DNA from: Zootoca vivipara
Taxonomy: Eukaryota
NCBI RefSeq assembly: GCF_963506605.1
Contig: NC_083281.1
Span: 57,784,001 to 57,848,000 of the forward strand
Direction: 5' to 3'
DNA: 64,000 nt
Below the pieces are notes generated by a model. It was not told the DNA's origin, did no database searches, and saw nothing but the letters and a program-made list of their open reading frames with translations. The position numbers and the translations under genes were made by a program. This document shows positions 28,776 through 45,745 of this stretch, in pieces; the stretch's first letter is position 1, and the number at the start of each line of letters is the position of its first letter.

Positions 28776-29620
28776 AATATCCTTTTAGATTTGGATTAAG
28801 ACGTAAGATATTAGTGAATGGTTCAAAAGAGAAGGCAAGGAGCAGTGGCGACAAGGGACAACCTTGTTTTGTCCCGTCCCCGTCCCCCCCTCCCCGAGAT
28901 TGCAGTTGCTGAGGAGTCCATGTTATTAATTCTTAGAGTAGCTGAATTATTTGAATAGAGTTTAGCTATTGCTGTAATAAGGTGATTGCCTAGTTGGCAT
29001 GTCTGCAAAATCTTAAGAGATAACACCATTCCAGACCATCAAAGGCTTTGTAAATATCTAAGGAACATAAAGCCAAGAAGAATGGTTTGGTGAGGAATTG
29101 TGAATCACATTCAGCAAACAGTCTTCTTATGGGATTCAAGATATGCCCAAGGGCTATGTTTCGTCTATATGTATTAAATTCCTAATTATTAGATTTAAAT
29201 GTGCAACTAAAATTGAGAAGAATATAATCTGGTCCTGATTCAATAAGGTAATTGGCTCGTATGAGCACACCTGTGCTTCATGCCTGGCTTTAGAAGGACA
29301 GTTATTCTGGATCAACACCTATGTATCAGCGCCTGATTACTCTTGCAAGATGGATAAAGTTGACAAACATAAAAGTGCGAGTAGGTCTTTGTATTTCTTT
29401 AAAAATGTTGCCAAGCCCATCGGGACAAGGGCTCTTATACAATACTTCAGTTAATAGCTTGATCAATTCCTTCTGCAGAATGTTATCTTTTGTTGTGCTT
29501 TCTTTGTTAAAGGTTTGATACCACATCTTCTCACTTAATTTTTTTTCAGGTAAAGGGTTTTTTGAGTTATATAGCTCTTTATAAAACTCCATAAACATAT
29601 TACCAATCTGATTTTAGTCC

Positions 29621-29726
29621 TAGTTACAGGTAGGACTGTAGCCGTGTTGGTCTGCCGTAGTCGAAACAAAATAATTTCCCCCCTTTCCAGTAGCACCTTA
29701 GAGACCAACTAAGTTTGTCATTGGTA
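29621..29726 (-). mobile_element. Short Penelope-like pLTR fragment (variant A) without ribozyme core
   Basis: Matches 7924-7985 and the reverse complement of 57465-57564. Carries the common 3' terminus ...CCTACCTGTAACTA. Confidence 0.85.
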
Positions 29727-30001
29727 AGTCATGAGTGAAAGTGCCATATTTAAGGTGCATATTTAAGGTAATAATTTATGTAAATTGCTTTCTTTTGAGA
29801 GCCCTGGCTAGCATTTTGGAATGTTTATTACCATGTTCATATAATTTTTGACTCACAAAGATTTGCCTATTGTCTCCATATATAACACTTCTAATTCTGA
29901 TCTTTTGTGTTCCAATTTTCTAAGGATTTCATTAGAACCTGTTTCAAAGTGCTCCCCCTCCCAACTTCTGTATTTCATGTTCCTTTAACAGGCGCTGCTC
30001 C

Positions 30002-30146
30002 TAGGGTTGCCAGACTCATTAGAGGACAAGACTTCTGTGCCTTTAATTGCCTTGCTCTCTTTTGAGTCTGGAAACCTTAAAGAGAAACCAGGAGACCCTT
30101 TGTTTCATTTCCAAGCAAATTTCCTCTGTTGAGTCTGGCAACCCTA
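30002..30146. mobile_element. hAT-type MITE
   Basis: TIRs TAGGGTTGCCAGACTCA / TGAGTCTGGCAACCCTA; 8-bp TSD GCTGCTCC at 29994-30001 and 30147-30154. Confidence 0.9.
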
Positions 30147-30229
30147 GCTGCTCCCCATGATAGTTAAGAGGAATCTCCACCAAGCTATTTGGTTTGGCAC
30201 TAGCATTCCAGGCGTTCTGGGGCAGGACA

Positions 30230-30477
30230 AAGAAGAAGAAGAAGAATTTGGATTTGATATCCCGCTTTATCACTACCCGAAGGAGTCTCAAAGCGGCTAA
30301 CATTCTCCTTTCCCTTCCTCCCCTACAACAAACACTCTGTGAGGTGAGTGAGCCTGAGAGACTTCAGAGAAGTGTGACTAGCCCAAGGTCACCCCAGCAG
30401 CTGCATGTGGAGGAGCAGAGACACGAACCCGGTCCCCCAGATTACGAGTCTGCCACTCTTAACCACTACACCACACT
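30230..30477 (-). mobile_element. tRNA-derived SINE (Squam3-like)
   Basis: Same family as 11572-11820, with a (CTT)n tail. Confidence 0.8.
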
Positions 30478-31690
30478 AGTTCTCCCATTGGGGCAGATTG
30501 TTCCTGTCACCACTGTTTCTCCTGTTCTTTTTTTTAGCTGGTGGTACTGCTTGAACTTCAAATGTGTTGTAGGACATGCTCGCTTATGTGAGTCCAAGAA
30601 GTGGCTGGTTGTGTAGCGTGGATGGAGCCAGACACCACATGCAAAATGGGTTGTGGCTGTGCTTTCCCTCTGCCTCACCACCAAAACTACACAGATTTTG
30701 AAAGTGGCTGTCTCCCCCCCCCCCATGAGCAGATCTTATCCCAGAGGGGCCCTTTCTTATCTCAGCTGCTGGGAAAACTTCCTCCTGCAATACACACTTT
30801 GTCCTTCAAGCACCAGCTGCTACAAGCAAGCAGAGTTTGTGCTTTGGGAGAACTTTTGAGTAACAAGGAGACAACAAGGATTTGTGCTGAAGTGGGTGGA
30901 ATGGAATGCAGCCACACTCTGGGCAAAGAAAAAGGCAAACTAGTCAGGGCAGTTTCTTCCCCCAACAAAGGGCTTTAGTAGGAAAGAGATACTATTTAAA
31001 TCGAACTGCAGTCTTGGGACTTCAAATGCAGTATGTGTGAGTTGCAGTAATGAAAGTGTGACCTGCTTACCCTCTAGTATAGCAGATTTGATTGCTCTGT
31101 GCTTTTTGCTGTTGGGTAACCTACCTTCATCTAAGACAGAATAGATATGACCATTTCACGTTGCCTTTTGGCATAAAAACATCAGAAGAGCCCTGCAGCA
31201 GCCGGATGATCTGGTCAAATAAGGGCCCATCTAGTCCAGCACCTGGTTTTCAAAGCAGCCAACCAAATGCCCCAACAGGAAGCCTGCAGCAAAGAGTACC
31301 AGTGTGGTGGTTGAATTAGCCAGAATGTCAGGGACAGGTTCCAGCCAGGTTCAAAGCACTGAGCAGGAAAACTCCCTGGGCCAGCCACTCTCAACCTCAC
31401 AGGGTGGTGGTTATGAAAAAGATGGTGTTGGAGTAACCAGGTATGCCCCCTGGAGATCTTAGGAGGAAAGGTGAGGAATCAATGTTCTGTCTGCCCCTCG
31501 GCTGCCTCCCCTGTACAGGGCCTAGTGCTCTGCTGCTCATCTGCTGCAAGAGGCTTGTGCTTGAAGGAACACTTTACCACTGCCTCCCCTAGCCTCCAGT
31601 TCTCTTGGACTACAGGTTACATCAGCACAACCATCTGAGACTAGGGCTGATGGGAATTGCAGTCCAAGAAGTCTGGCAATCAGCAGGTAG

Positions 31691-35770
<4,080 letters not shown>

Positions 35771-36622
35771 GGCTGCTTCAGAAGGCTATTTATGCCTGGC
35801 TGAAAAGCCAAACTGCTCTCTCCTTGCCACCCTCTTAACACCCGACTCACTAAATACCTGCAAGCAGCAAAGGAGAGCAAGGGCATGTCCACCTGCTGGT
35901 GTGGCTTCATTTTTGGTGGGGGGAGGGGTGTTGGCTGAAAAATCCAAGTATTCTTCCAGAGGAGCCAGAGGGGGTTGGTTGACTTGAAATGAAACTGCCA
36001 CAAGTTAAAATAAACATGACTCAAAATGCAGGAGTCCTGCTGCAACCACAGCATAGGTATGTGAGATTTTTTACATTGATCCAAGAGGTACATTAAGGGC
36101 ATAGTTAGTAAATGGGGGTGCGCATGCAGACACACACAATCTCCTCCACCACCAAACACAAGATTCCTTCCTCTTCCTTTAGAGGCAGCCAGCTTGGAAG
36201 CAAAGGCAGCTGCAGCAGGTAGGAAAAGAGAACTTCTAAGCTTTTGGTTCTCCATGGCTTTGTGAAACACCTCTGGTTCCCTAGCCCAAGCCCAGGGCAA
36301 AATAAAAGAGGCTGTAATGCAATCAGTTCCCTGAACATCAGATGAATCAAGATAATGAAAGGAGAAAAATGAAATAGCTTTACTGTTTCAGAATTGTAGC
36401 TCTGTCCCTAGAACTGCCAGGCCTGCAGCTACATCCCAAAGTTTTGTGACTTGTCTAGTCTCACTGTGGTCATCAGGAGACAGATATTTTGCTGGCAGTT
36501 TAACAACCTACAGTTGCACCTTCCACAGTCTGCATGAAAAGGGGCACAGGCTGGTTGAAAGCCTGCAGCTTCTATCTGAGGAGGGTGGGAAAGTCAGTCT
36601 TTGGGGCTTTCTGCCCTGCCAT

Positions 36623-38891
36623 TTATGTCAGCGTCTCTTCGTGCCGTATGTATTCTCCAATATCCGCTTGGTGAAAAACCACGATCGCCATGGGGTCCAC
36701 TTTACGGCACTCCTGCGTGGACTTGGCTGCCACTCCAAAGCCCTAAGAAAGTCAATTGGAACAAGGCAGGCATTAAGACCTTGGGGGGGGGGCATTGTCT
36801 TAACTTCAAATTCACTCAGGTCCAACCATCCCACCCACCCACTATATGTCACTCACCAGGGGGACGTCAGCCATGGAATACACCACCACACCCTGGTACT
36901 GGGCAGTGCTCTCTGTGATGCGCCCCAAGCCAGACTTCAGTATGTGGTTCCCATAAAGGAAGGACTGCTCTGCCCCAGGCTTCACCCACACTTTGTACTG
37001 CATGAGAAAAAATGAGAGATATCCTCTTTGAGTTGGATTAAATGTACCACTCCACGGGTTCCCTTTCTGTGCTGTCCTTATATTAGCACAATCAAAAACA
37101 ATACCCTCCTTCCCAAGAAACAGCTAGCAGGTCCCCACCCCACACAGCACTACAGGTGTTTTGACATTTTTGGTAGGATAGTGCCCGTCAAATCAATGTT
37201 CCTCTGTGCCATCTTTACCTTGGCATAGGGAGCAAGGTAATCCAGGGCAGTGATGTGGAGTCGGAACTTCTGGCTCTTGGTGAACTTTCCAAAGCAGGTG
37301 CCGAGAGATACCAGATTCTCCCGTGGGATGTTTGTAGCAAGCTTCAGAATCTTCTCACTAAGAAACAGAAAGCAAAGACTTATCATTGGGACTCAGTCTC
37401 ACCAGATTCAGAAGCTCCGAAGTCATAATCAGAGCATCACTGAACCATGCTGTGGCCTGAGGCACACTCCAAGTACCTGCAGCCAGTATTGTGGCTTTTT
37501 GGTCATATGCTTCCACAGGGGAGATTGGAAGCTTTAAGGTACCTAAACCAAATCAGGGATACTGAGATGATGGAAAGGCAAGTTTTGGAATTTAATCCAA
37601 GCAACCCTAAAACAAGCAAGACCTTATAGCCACTCCTGGTGCCCAAATACAATGTGTTGCACTTGCACTGGAAGTAATAAAATGTGCCAAAAGCTGGATC
37701 AGACAAGACAGGAGCTCAGAGTTAAATTATGAGACCAAGTCCCTCCTCTCTGTCCTTCATTTGCATATGAAAGACAGTCCATGAGTACAGCTTCCCTTAG
37801 TTCAGTTCTGCTCCTTTTACATGCTCTTCTGCTGCTAAAAACACAAGGGAAGCAAGATCTCTTTCCCAGCACCTTGCAGCTCTGTAGTGAGAACAAGCAG
37901 CATCTTACAAAAGAAAACAAGCACTTTCCCCCATAGATGCCTCTACTCTTCTCCCCACCCACAGAGACGTGGATACATTCTAGAAGAGGAAGGGAGCCTT
38001 ACACATGTTCAAAGATCCGTGTTATGGATGAAGGTGTTAACATTAATAACATGCCCCAGGGTGAATGTAGGGCCTCCTCACCTGAGGTAATAGACACGGT
38101 CCTTGTGCAGGCGGAAGCAGTAGGCACCATCTGGCCGGTCAACCAGGAGCTGGATGTTCTCACCAATACTTTAAAAGGTTGGAACAAAGACACACACTGT
38201 CAGCCAGTCCCCACAAAACATGAGAACAGCCCTCTTATGCTAGATTTGACCAAAGGCCCAATTAGTTCAGCCTCCTCCTCATGGCAAAAGCAAGTCAAAT
38301 GCCTGCAGGGAGCCGGCAAACGGGTGGAGAACAGCAGTCATTTCTAAGACATACTGCCTCTGTATACGAAGACTTCAATTTTAAACTATTGTACTGACTT
38401 CCCTATAACCCCTGTAATTATTTTTCTGCATTAAAAACAAGACCCATCTAGTTCTCCTGCTGTTGTCTCCCAGCTAGTGGTTTTTACGTGGCAAGGAGAT
38501 TAAGAAGAGCTATTCCACACTGGTACAGTCTGTCTGGGAAGGTGGGTGCCCCCTTCCCCGCAGCAGAGCAAGGGTTGCTGCCTGCCTGTAATGTTGTGAT
38601 TATCCACATCCATTGGAGTAGGCTAGAGGACCTTTGCGGTATCTTTGCGCTTCCATTTTATTTTCTGGGCCAACAGCAAGAGACAGACTTCCTCTCCTCC
38701 ACTGATTTCTCTAATTCCCTCTGGAAGTCCATTGGGTGAGAATCCGGCTATCTTGTGTGAGTGAGTTCCATGGGTTAATCACAAAGCCTAATGAACCCAC
38801 TAGAACACAAGTGCCGCCGCCGCCACCCCGCTTACTATTTGGAGAGCTTCTCGAAGAGCGCGCGCGTTTCTTCCTCCGTGAGGGGCCGCAT
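36623..38891 (-). CDS. NIP7: 60S ribosome subunit biogenesis protein NIP7 (180 aa)
   Basis: Exons 38891-38836, 38168-38082, 37357-37219, 36997-36857, 36742-36623 total 543 nt. [10 protein letters not shown]..., [19 protein letters not shown] domain. Confidence 0.97.
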
Positions 38892-39244
38892 CGCACCTCC
38901 CGAGACAGACGCCGGAGGACCGCGTGGTTCCAATTCAGGGAAGCCTCGGGTCAAAGACGCGAAGCGGAAGTTGCAACATCAAACTAAGTTCGGGTCTCCT
39001 ACACTCATAGGCTCTTCCCCCTCTAGGCCGACACACCAGAAATATGTCTATGGTCACAATAGAGTGCAAGTGATCTTCATGTCGGAGCGTCGTTGCGTGA
39101 CCTCCCGGTTACGTCATACGAACACAGAGGTTTCGGGCAGAGCGGCACCCGGATCTGCCACGGAGGACTAGCCTCCGCCTCTGGCTAGCGCGGCCTCCCG
39201 GTTGCCATAGCGATCACTTCCTGGTCCACGTCGAGGGAGGCCCG
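38892..39244. promoter_or_regulatory. Bidirectional NIP7/COG8 promoter
   Basis: Start codons diverge 353 bp apart. CpG-rich, with ETS GCGGAAGT near 38964, TTACGTCA near 39109, and an RFX X-box-like GTTGCCATAGCGAT at 39201-39214. Confidence 0.85.
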
Positions 39245-42200
39245 ATGGCAGCCCCGGAGCCTTCGGCGGACCTAGAGGAGGCGAGCCTGTTGGCATGGCT
39301 GTTCCGCGGGGCGACCTCGCCGCTGCCTCCGCCCCTGGCGGCGGGGGACGCGGAGCTGGCGACCTACCTGGCGGCGCTGGCGGGGCTGGGCCTGGAGGCC
39401 TTGCGGAGGGAACCCGGCCGGTTGGCGGAGGAGCGAGCCCAGCTCGGGGCGCAGACACGGGCCTTGGCCTTCGCCCACTACAAGACCTTCATCCGCTCCG
39501 CGGAATGCACCGCTGAGACGCGTCGGGGCTTCGGTGGCATCGAGCAGGGCCTCGACCGCCTCTTGGGCCGCCTCCCACCCTTCTCCGAGGCTTGCCGGTG
39601 AGCAGGAGGAGGTGGAGGCCAAGGCTGCCGCCACACTCGCTTTGGGGGCAGGAATAATCCTGGGGCGCCCCACCGTTAACTTATGGAACTCACTGCTATT
39701 GGAATGGGTGGGTTAGAGGGGGCTGGCTGGCTTCCCCTTTTGCTTTTCCTAGCCTAACCTGCTTTCTTCTTCTTTTGCTCCTGCCTCCAGGAACTTCATG
39801 CAGGAGGCTGAACAGATCGCCCAGAACCGCCGTATGAACAGCCTGACCCTGAACCTCCACACAGAGATCCTGGAAGTGCTGGAGATCCCCCAGCTGATGG
39901 ACACCTGCGTCCGCAACAGTTACTACGAGGAGGCCCTGGAGCTGGTGTCCTACGTCCGCCGCCTGGAGAAGAAGCATGCCACCATCCCTGTCATCCAGGT
40001 GCAGACATGTTCTGAGCCTGGCAGGTGCCAGTGCTGCCTTAAGCCATACGGTGATAATAGGTCCCAGCCATTTGCTTCTAGAGTTTCAGGACCTGAGCAA
40101 AAGCTTAGCGAAGAAAGGCCTCTCCAACCCTTTGCATTTGTTTTCTCTGCCATGGCTCACAGAGGCAGAGGTGAGGTGGCTTCTGTGCTGGTTTCCTAAG
40201 TTTGATCCAGGTTGTTTGATTGCCTAAGGATACCTGAGGCCCACAATCCTGGACCATCATGAGCTGTCATGTTTTGCTTGTAGAAGCCAGAATATTTCTG
40301 GATCTGATGCTTCTTCTCTTGTTACTTTTCTTCTTGACTAAGTGCTTATTGCAGCCAGGGTTTGTGCATGTTCTGTAGGGATCTACTTCTTTGACTTTCA
40401 ACAAGAGCAGGGTACAAGCCATTGATCTCTTAAGTGCAATCTGTAAAGCAGGGATAGATAGAAGGTAGACTAATCACTGGACTAATGACTCTTGGCTAAT
40501 GTCTAATTTGCTAGTTGCAGGGATTCTTGTACAGAAAGCTGAGATGAAGCAGGCCCTGTTCTGACCCAGTAAAGCCCTTCTTCCATCTGCAAAGAAGAAT
40601 GCATTCTTAAGGTCACAACACTTTGTTTATTTACCACGTTTATATCCCACTCTTCCTCCCAAAGGAACTCAGAATGACAGCAAGTTATACCTCTTTAAAA
40701 GTTCCCAAAAGTACACATCATTATAAAATGCAGTTACCTCATACCAGGTTTGACTTTGCACTAAGCCCAATATTGTCTACTCTGGAAGCCAGAGTATATC
40801 TAGTATATCAAGCAAGTATATCTGCCACTGACGTGTAGACTCTCTCATAAGTGATCACATGGATGGACCATAAGGACTACAGTATTGAGATCAGCTTGGT
40901 TTGGGTAGCATGGGTAACAAAAGTTTATTTTGTCTCTCTTCTCCTTCCCAGGGCATAGTGGCAGAGGTGCGCCAGTCCACACAGCTCATGCTTACACAGC
41001 TGATCCAGCAGCTTCGCACCAACATTCAGCTGCCAGCCTGCTTGCGCATCATTGGCTACCTTCGCTGCATGGATGTCTTCACTGAGGCTGAGCTACGAAT
41101 TACTTTCCTGCAGGCACGGGACATCTGGCTACGTTCTATCCTTGCTGCTGTTCCTGGTGACGACCCCTATGTGCATATTACCAAGACCATTGAGGCCTGC
41201 CGCGTGCACCTCTTTGACATTGTCACGCAGTACCGTGCCATTTTTGCTGACGAGGAGCCGCTGGTGCCTCCCCCTGGGCAGGACACCCTCAATGAAAGTG
41301 CCATCTTCCATGGGTGGGTCCTGCAGAAGGTCTCCCAGTTCCTGCTGGTGCTTGAGCATGACTTGCAACGTGGTGTGGGCAGCCGCCTTGACTCCCTGCT
41401 GGGCCAGTGCATGTACTTTGGCCTCTCGTTCAGCCGTGTTGGAGCAGACTTCCGGGGCTTGCTCATCCCCATATTTCAGCGGGTGGCACTGGTCACCTTC
41501 AAGAGAGCCATGCAGGAAGCTGTGAACAAATTCCAGGAGGAGATGAACTCCTACACGCTAATCTCTGTGCCGGCTGCTTTGGGCAGCAGCAGCAGCACCA
41601 CCATCCCTGTAGCAGTGGCTCCTTCTGCCCAGCCAGGCACTCTGCAGCCCCCCATGGTGCTGCTAGATTTCCCACCACTCGCCTGCTTCCTCAACAACAT
41701 CCTGGTAGCCTTCAATGACCTGCGCCTCTGCTGCCCTGTGGCTCTTGCCCCAGATGTGGCAGCTACCCTGGAGGATGCACTTGGCCAGGTGGGGCTCTGC
41801 TGCTCATGTGCACCAAGAGGCTGGATTAAAAATGCTCCAGATGTCTAGGTGACAGGACAGAAATTTGCTAGTAGCAGAGTTTTAGCTGCTTGCAGCCTTA
41901 TCTTTAGTCATACTCCTTGGATTTTTCTAGGTTCTTTTCAGCAACTTGGCAGGTCATGTTTGTGAGTTTATGCCTGTTCCCTCCCATGTTGCTGCTGTCT
42001 GTTTGTTCAGGGGTGGGCCTCTGCCTTATTTCAAGAAGCCCTTTGCAAGCAACCAGTTCAGGCATCTGACAACAGCAATCAGTCCCTGCTTTGGGTGGGC
42101 TGGAAGAGAGAGAGAGGAGAGAGAAAGTGGTTGACCTCACCTGTTTTTGCTTCTGAGCCTGCTCTAACCCCACCCATAGTCAGCACATGGCCCCTGCTGG

Positions 42201-43180
42201 ATTGCCTGCCAGGAGGCTGTGGCACTTGAGAGATCAAAGGTTCTCAGTCCCTGCTCTATAAGGTAGTATGTGACATCTTGTCACTCAGCTTCTGGGTGTG
42301 TCCCAGACCGATTAGCTGGGCTTTTATTTTATTTTGATGAGGCTAGCATGCTGAGTAGTACAGTAGTCCCTTCCTTTCACTTGGACACCAAACCAAGAAA
42401 TTCTAGCTTCTCTTTTTCTCTTTACAGGTGACCAAGGTCATTCTGGTTTTCCACCGGGCAGAGGCTGTGGCCTTCAGCAGCCGAGAGCAAGAACTGTTCA
42501 TTCACTTCTGCATGGCATTTCTGGAAGACTTGGTGCCCTACCTCAACCGTTGTCTGCAGCTCCTCTTCCCCCCAGCACAAATTGCACAGGCTTTGGGTAT
42601 GGCTGCTTGAACCCTCTTGGTGGGGAAGGAGCTTGCAGCTGAGCCCTGGCCTGTGGTGGATGAGTGGCTTCTGCTTGTGACTTCGTGAACAGCACATTGG
42701 TGGGGTGGGGTTGCTTGGTGGTGGTCCTTGTAGGCTTGCAAGTCTTTGAAATCGGTGCTCAACAGCTCAGGCTACTGCCAGGGGAAGGGAGAGAGAAAGA
42801 AGAGAATTAGCAGTAGTACAAGGAATGTTCTCTAGCTTAGGGTTGATGTAATATTTTAACTTCTCGTTTAAATATATTTTCTTTTTTTACTGCTAGGTGT
42901 TCCTCCAACACAGCTGCACAAATATGGCAGTCTTGGCTGTGTGGATGAGCAGCTGATTCAGGAGCTCCTGGCCTCAGTCCTGCCAGAGAAAGAGACTGTC
43001 TATCCCTTGTCTGAGGAGAAAAGGCTGACTGAAGAAAGCCTAGCACCTCCTCCATTGGACTTGGAACTCCCTGATGCCAAGCAGGAAGCAGATCCCAGTG
43101 CCCCAGTCCCTGTTCTGGAAGCAGAAGAGAGCAGTGCAGCTTCTGGTGATGCTCTGCTGCTGAGTGCTCCTCTAGAATAG
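39245..43180 (+). CDS. COG8: Conserved oligomeric Golgi complex subunit 8
   Basis: Exons 39245-39597, 39791-39998, 40952-41788, 42428-42596, 42897-43180. LAFAHYKTFI, LEIPQLMDTCVRN, CMYFGLSFSRVGADFRG. Confidence 0.97.
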
Positions 43181-43608
43181 TTTTCACTGGATTTTGCCTG
43201 TTTTCCGGAGTTCCATGATACTTGAACCTTACTGAGGAGGACTCATTCCTGCCATGGGCAGGCACAGCTCTTGGTTTTTGGGTTCTACTTCAGCACTTCA
43301 AGGACAAACTGAGTTGATCTTTCATTGCTCTGGTGGGAAGGAAGTTGGGTGTGGACACTGGGAGGAAGGAATTTTGGTGAAGGTGGATCAGGGTTTGAAT
43401 AAACTTGATTACTTGTTTGGTTCTCTGTGTTGTACCTCAGTATGCTGTACTGTGAAGAGAGTGGGCCCCTGAATCTTCTCTCCTGAGGGTAGTTGCTTTA
43501 GGTATCAGTCAGTACCAGTTTTTTCTAGGCCTCCCCATTCACCAAAAATGCTCGTGTGTCATCCTCATCTTCCTCTCCTCTGGAATTGCCTGATGCCTTA
43601 AGCTGAAG

Positions 43609-43614
43609 AATAAA
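43609..43614 (+). terminator. Probable COG8 polyadenylation signal
   Basis: AATAAA about 430 nt after the stop codon, followed by U/GU-rich sequence. Confidence 0.55.
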
Positions 43615-43838
43615 ATGTGTCTCTGCCAATTTTCCCTTGATGTCTCAGACTAGGTATGAATTTCTTCTTTGGTAAGTCCAACTTGCTGAGTGCAGGAATC
43701 CCAGTGCATCTTACCAACTGCTTTGGGTTGTAGCTGTCCCTTCAGAAGAGGGTAATTACTTTAGTTGGTGCTACTGGAAGAGGAAACCTGCTAGCCAACA
43801 CCAAGATCATCTGCAGTTGAAATCCAAGAAGTGAGGTT

Positions 43839-43839
<1 letters not shown>

Positions 43840-43874
<35 letters not shown>

Positions 43875-44055
43875 TTTATACACTGCCCATCTGGCTGGGT
43901 TTCCCCAGCCACTCTGGGCAGCTTACAGCCTATATAAAGCATAGTAAAACATCAAACATTAAAAACTTCCTGATACAGGGCTGCCTTCAGATGTCTTCTA
44001 AAAGTTATGTAGTTCTTTATCTCTGACATCTGAAGGGAGGGCATTCCACAGGGAG
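43840..44055 (-). mobile_element. L2-type LINE 3' end with (ATT)n tail; shorter related copy near 16805-16910
   Basis: (AAT)n followed by ...GCCCATCTGGCTGGGTTTCCCCAGCCACTCTGGGC...AAACATCAAACATTAAAA, shared between both sites. Confidence 0.7.
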
Positions 44056-44067
44056 AAAAGTTTAGAT

Positions 44068-44203
44068 CAGGCATCCCCAAACTTCGGCCCTCCAGATGTT
44101 TTGGACTACAATTCGCATCATCCCTGACCACTGGTCCTGTTAGCTAGGCATCATGGGAGTTGTAGGCCAAAACATCGGGAGGGATGCAGTTTGGGGATGC
44201 TTG
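44068..44203. mobile_element. hAT/Charlie-type MITE
   Basis: TIRs CAGGCATCCCCAAACT / AGTTTGGGGATGCTTG; 8-bp TSD GTTTAGAT at 44060-44067 and 44204-44211. Confidence 0.9.
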
Positions 44204-44739
44204 GTTTAGATCCTGGTTTGAGCTTCAGTAGATGAGAAATAAACAAATTTAAAACAACAGCTCCATCACTGGGGCAAGTTAAAATGGCCCAGGACAGCAA
44301 GTGAGTGAGATTTTGAATGCTTTTTTGGGGGGGGGGAATATTAAGCAAAGTGGACAGGAGGCAGGGAGAGAAGGGTGGACTGTGGACTGTGTCTAGGAGT
44401 CCTAAAAAGATAGCAGGTAAGTGTGAGGTAGTCTTAATTGGATTAAGTCTGCATAGAAAAGGATAGAACAATTTTTGTCTAGAGAGGTTGGAAAGATTTT
44501 TTCCTCTAGCAGATACCATAGTTGAGGGGTGCATGTGTGTAGAAATGCATCAAGCATTCAGGGCCAAAACTTGCTGGTGTTGACTTTAGCAGCCGGGCTG
44601 AGGTGAAGCAGATGAGCCTGAGGCAGCTGCATCGCTCCCAATGATATGGGGAAAACCTGTCACTTCAAGAGGGATCTTATTCTCCCCTTTGCGACACAAC
44701 TGCATCCTCTTATGGAAGAAGCTGGCCTGAAGCGTCTAC

Positions 44740-44852
44740 AAGGACGCCGCCTGCCACCGGGTGGTGCCGTTCTTTGTTTTCAGAACTACATTTCCCAGCA
44801 TCCACGGGCACTTCCGGTTTCCTCACTTCGCGTGGCTTATCAAGACAGGAAG
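44740..44852 (+). promoter_or_regulatory. Probable PDF promoter and non-coding first exon
   Basis: ZNF143-type motif ACTACATTTCCCAGCATCC near 44786-44804, ETS CACTTCCGG, local CpGs. Donor AAG|GTGAGC after 44852 and acceptor ...GGCAG| at 45720. Confidence 0.65.
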
Positions 44853-45745
44853 GTGAGCGGCCCAATTGAAACTTGAGACTTTGAGTCAGGTAAGGTGCTG
44901 GTTGCGGGTCGGGGACCCATATTTTGAAACCTTCCTCGATGTTAAAATAAATTAGAACGAGCCTCCCTGCAAGTAGAAGCCCAGCAGCAGAGTTCTGGCC
45001 TTTTGTTGACCAAGAGTGCATTGGGAGAGCTGAGTTCAAGTCCTCCGCTCATTCCCATGATGCTCACCGGATGACCTTGGACCCTTCATTCTCCCGCAGC
45101 ATATCCCTACCTCACCGGGTTATTGGGAGAATTAAAATATCGGTGGGAAGGAGCCATGTGAGCTGCTTGGAGGGAAATTAATAGATGGTGATAATATATA
45201 CAACAAAGAGAGGTATCCAAAAAAACTTAATTGGAAGGGGTGCAGAACATTCCGCCTCCTAATTTTGCTGCTGCAAATGCGGGCTGAGAGTTTTGGCAGA
45301 ATCTTAGAACCTTTTTGTTTTGCTTTTGTAGAGACGTCTGCTCTTTCCATCTCTGTAGAGTCACAGGAAGGAACACAGGAAAATGCCATAAGGAGTAGAC
45401 TGATCCTTGGTCCATCTAGCTCAGTACTGGCTATGCTGATGGGCAGTAGCTCTCCAGGGTTTCCTATCAGGTCTCTGTGTGTCTCTTCCAGCCCTTACTT
45501 GGAGACACTGCTGGGTATTGAACCTGGGACCATGTAAAAGCCAAGCAATTGCATTGCCTGAGCTTCAGCCTCCAGCCCTTCCTCTCCCAGTGATTTTAGC
45601 TAGGCCACCCTTTGACTCTATAAACTTTCCCGCAGTAACCCTTGGGAGTGCTTGCACCTGTTGTATTTGCATTATTTTTATTTTCTCATCTTATCTTTAT
45701 TTTATTTGTTCTTTGGGCAGATGGCTTTGTGGCTGAAGCACAATT

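Larger units (their letters stand above)
24130..29990 (-). mobile_element. Old degenerate L1-clade LINE (host), split by the young L1 and a PLE fragment
   Basis: RT remnants on both sides of the young insertion: TMYADDIV near 25270, RQGCPLSP-like near 28850, KSPCPDG near 29420, FYKELY near 29580. Outer limits are approximate. Confidence 0.8.

Noticed and set aside
36446-37015. 189-aa plus-strand ORF
   Set aside because: Antisense shadow of NIP7 exons 4-5 with a non-ATG start and no domain.
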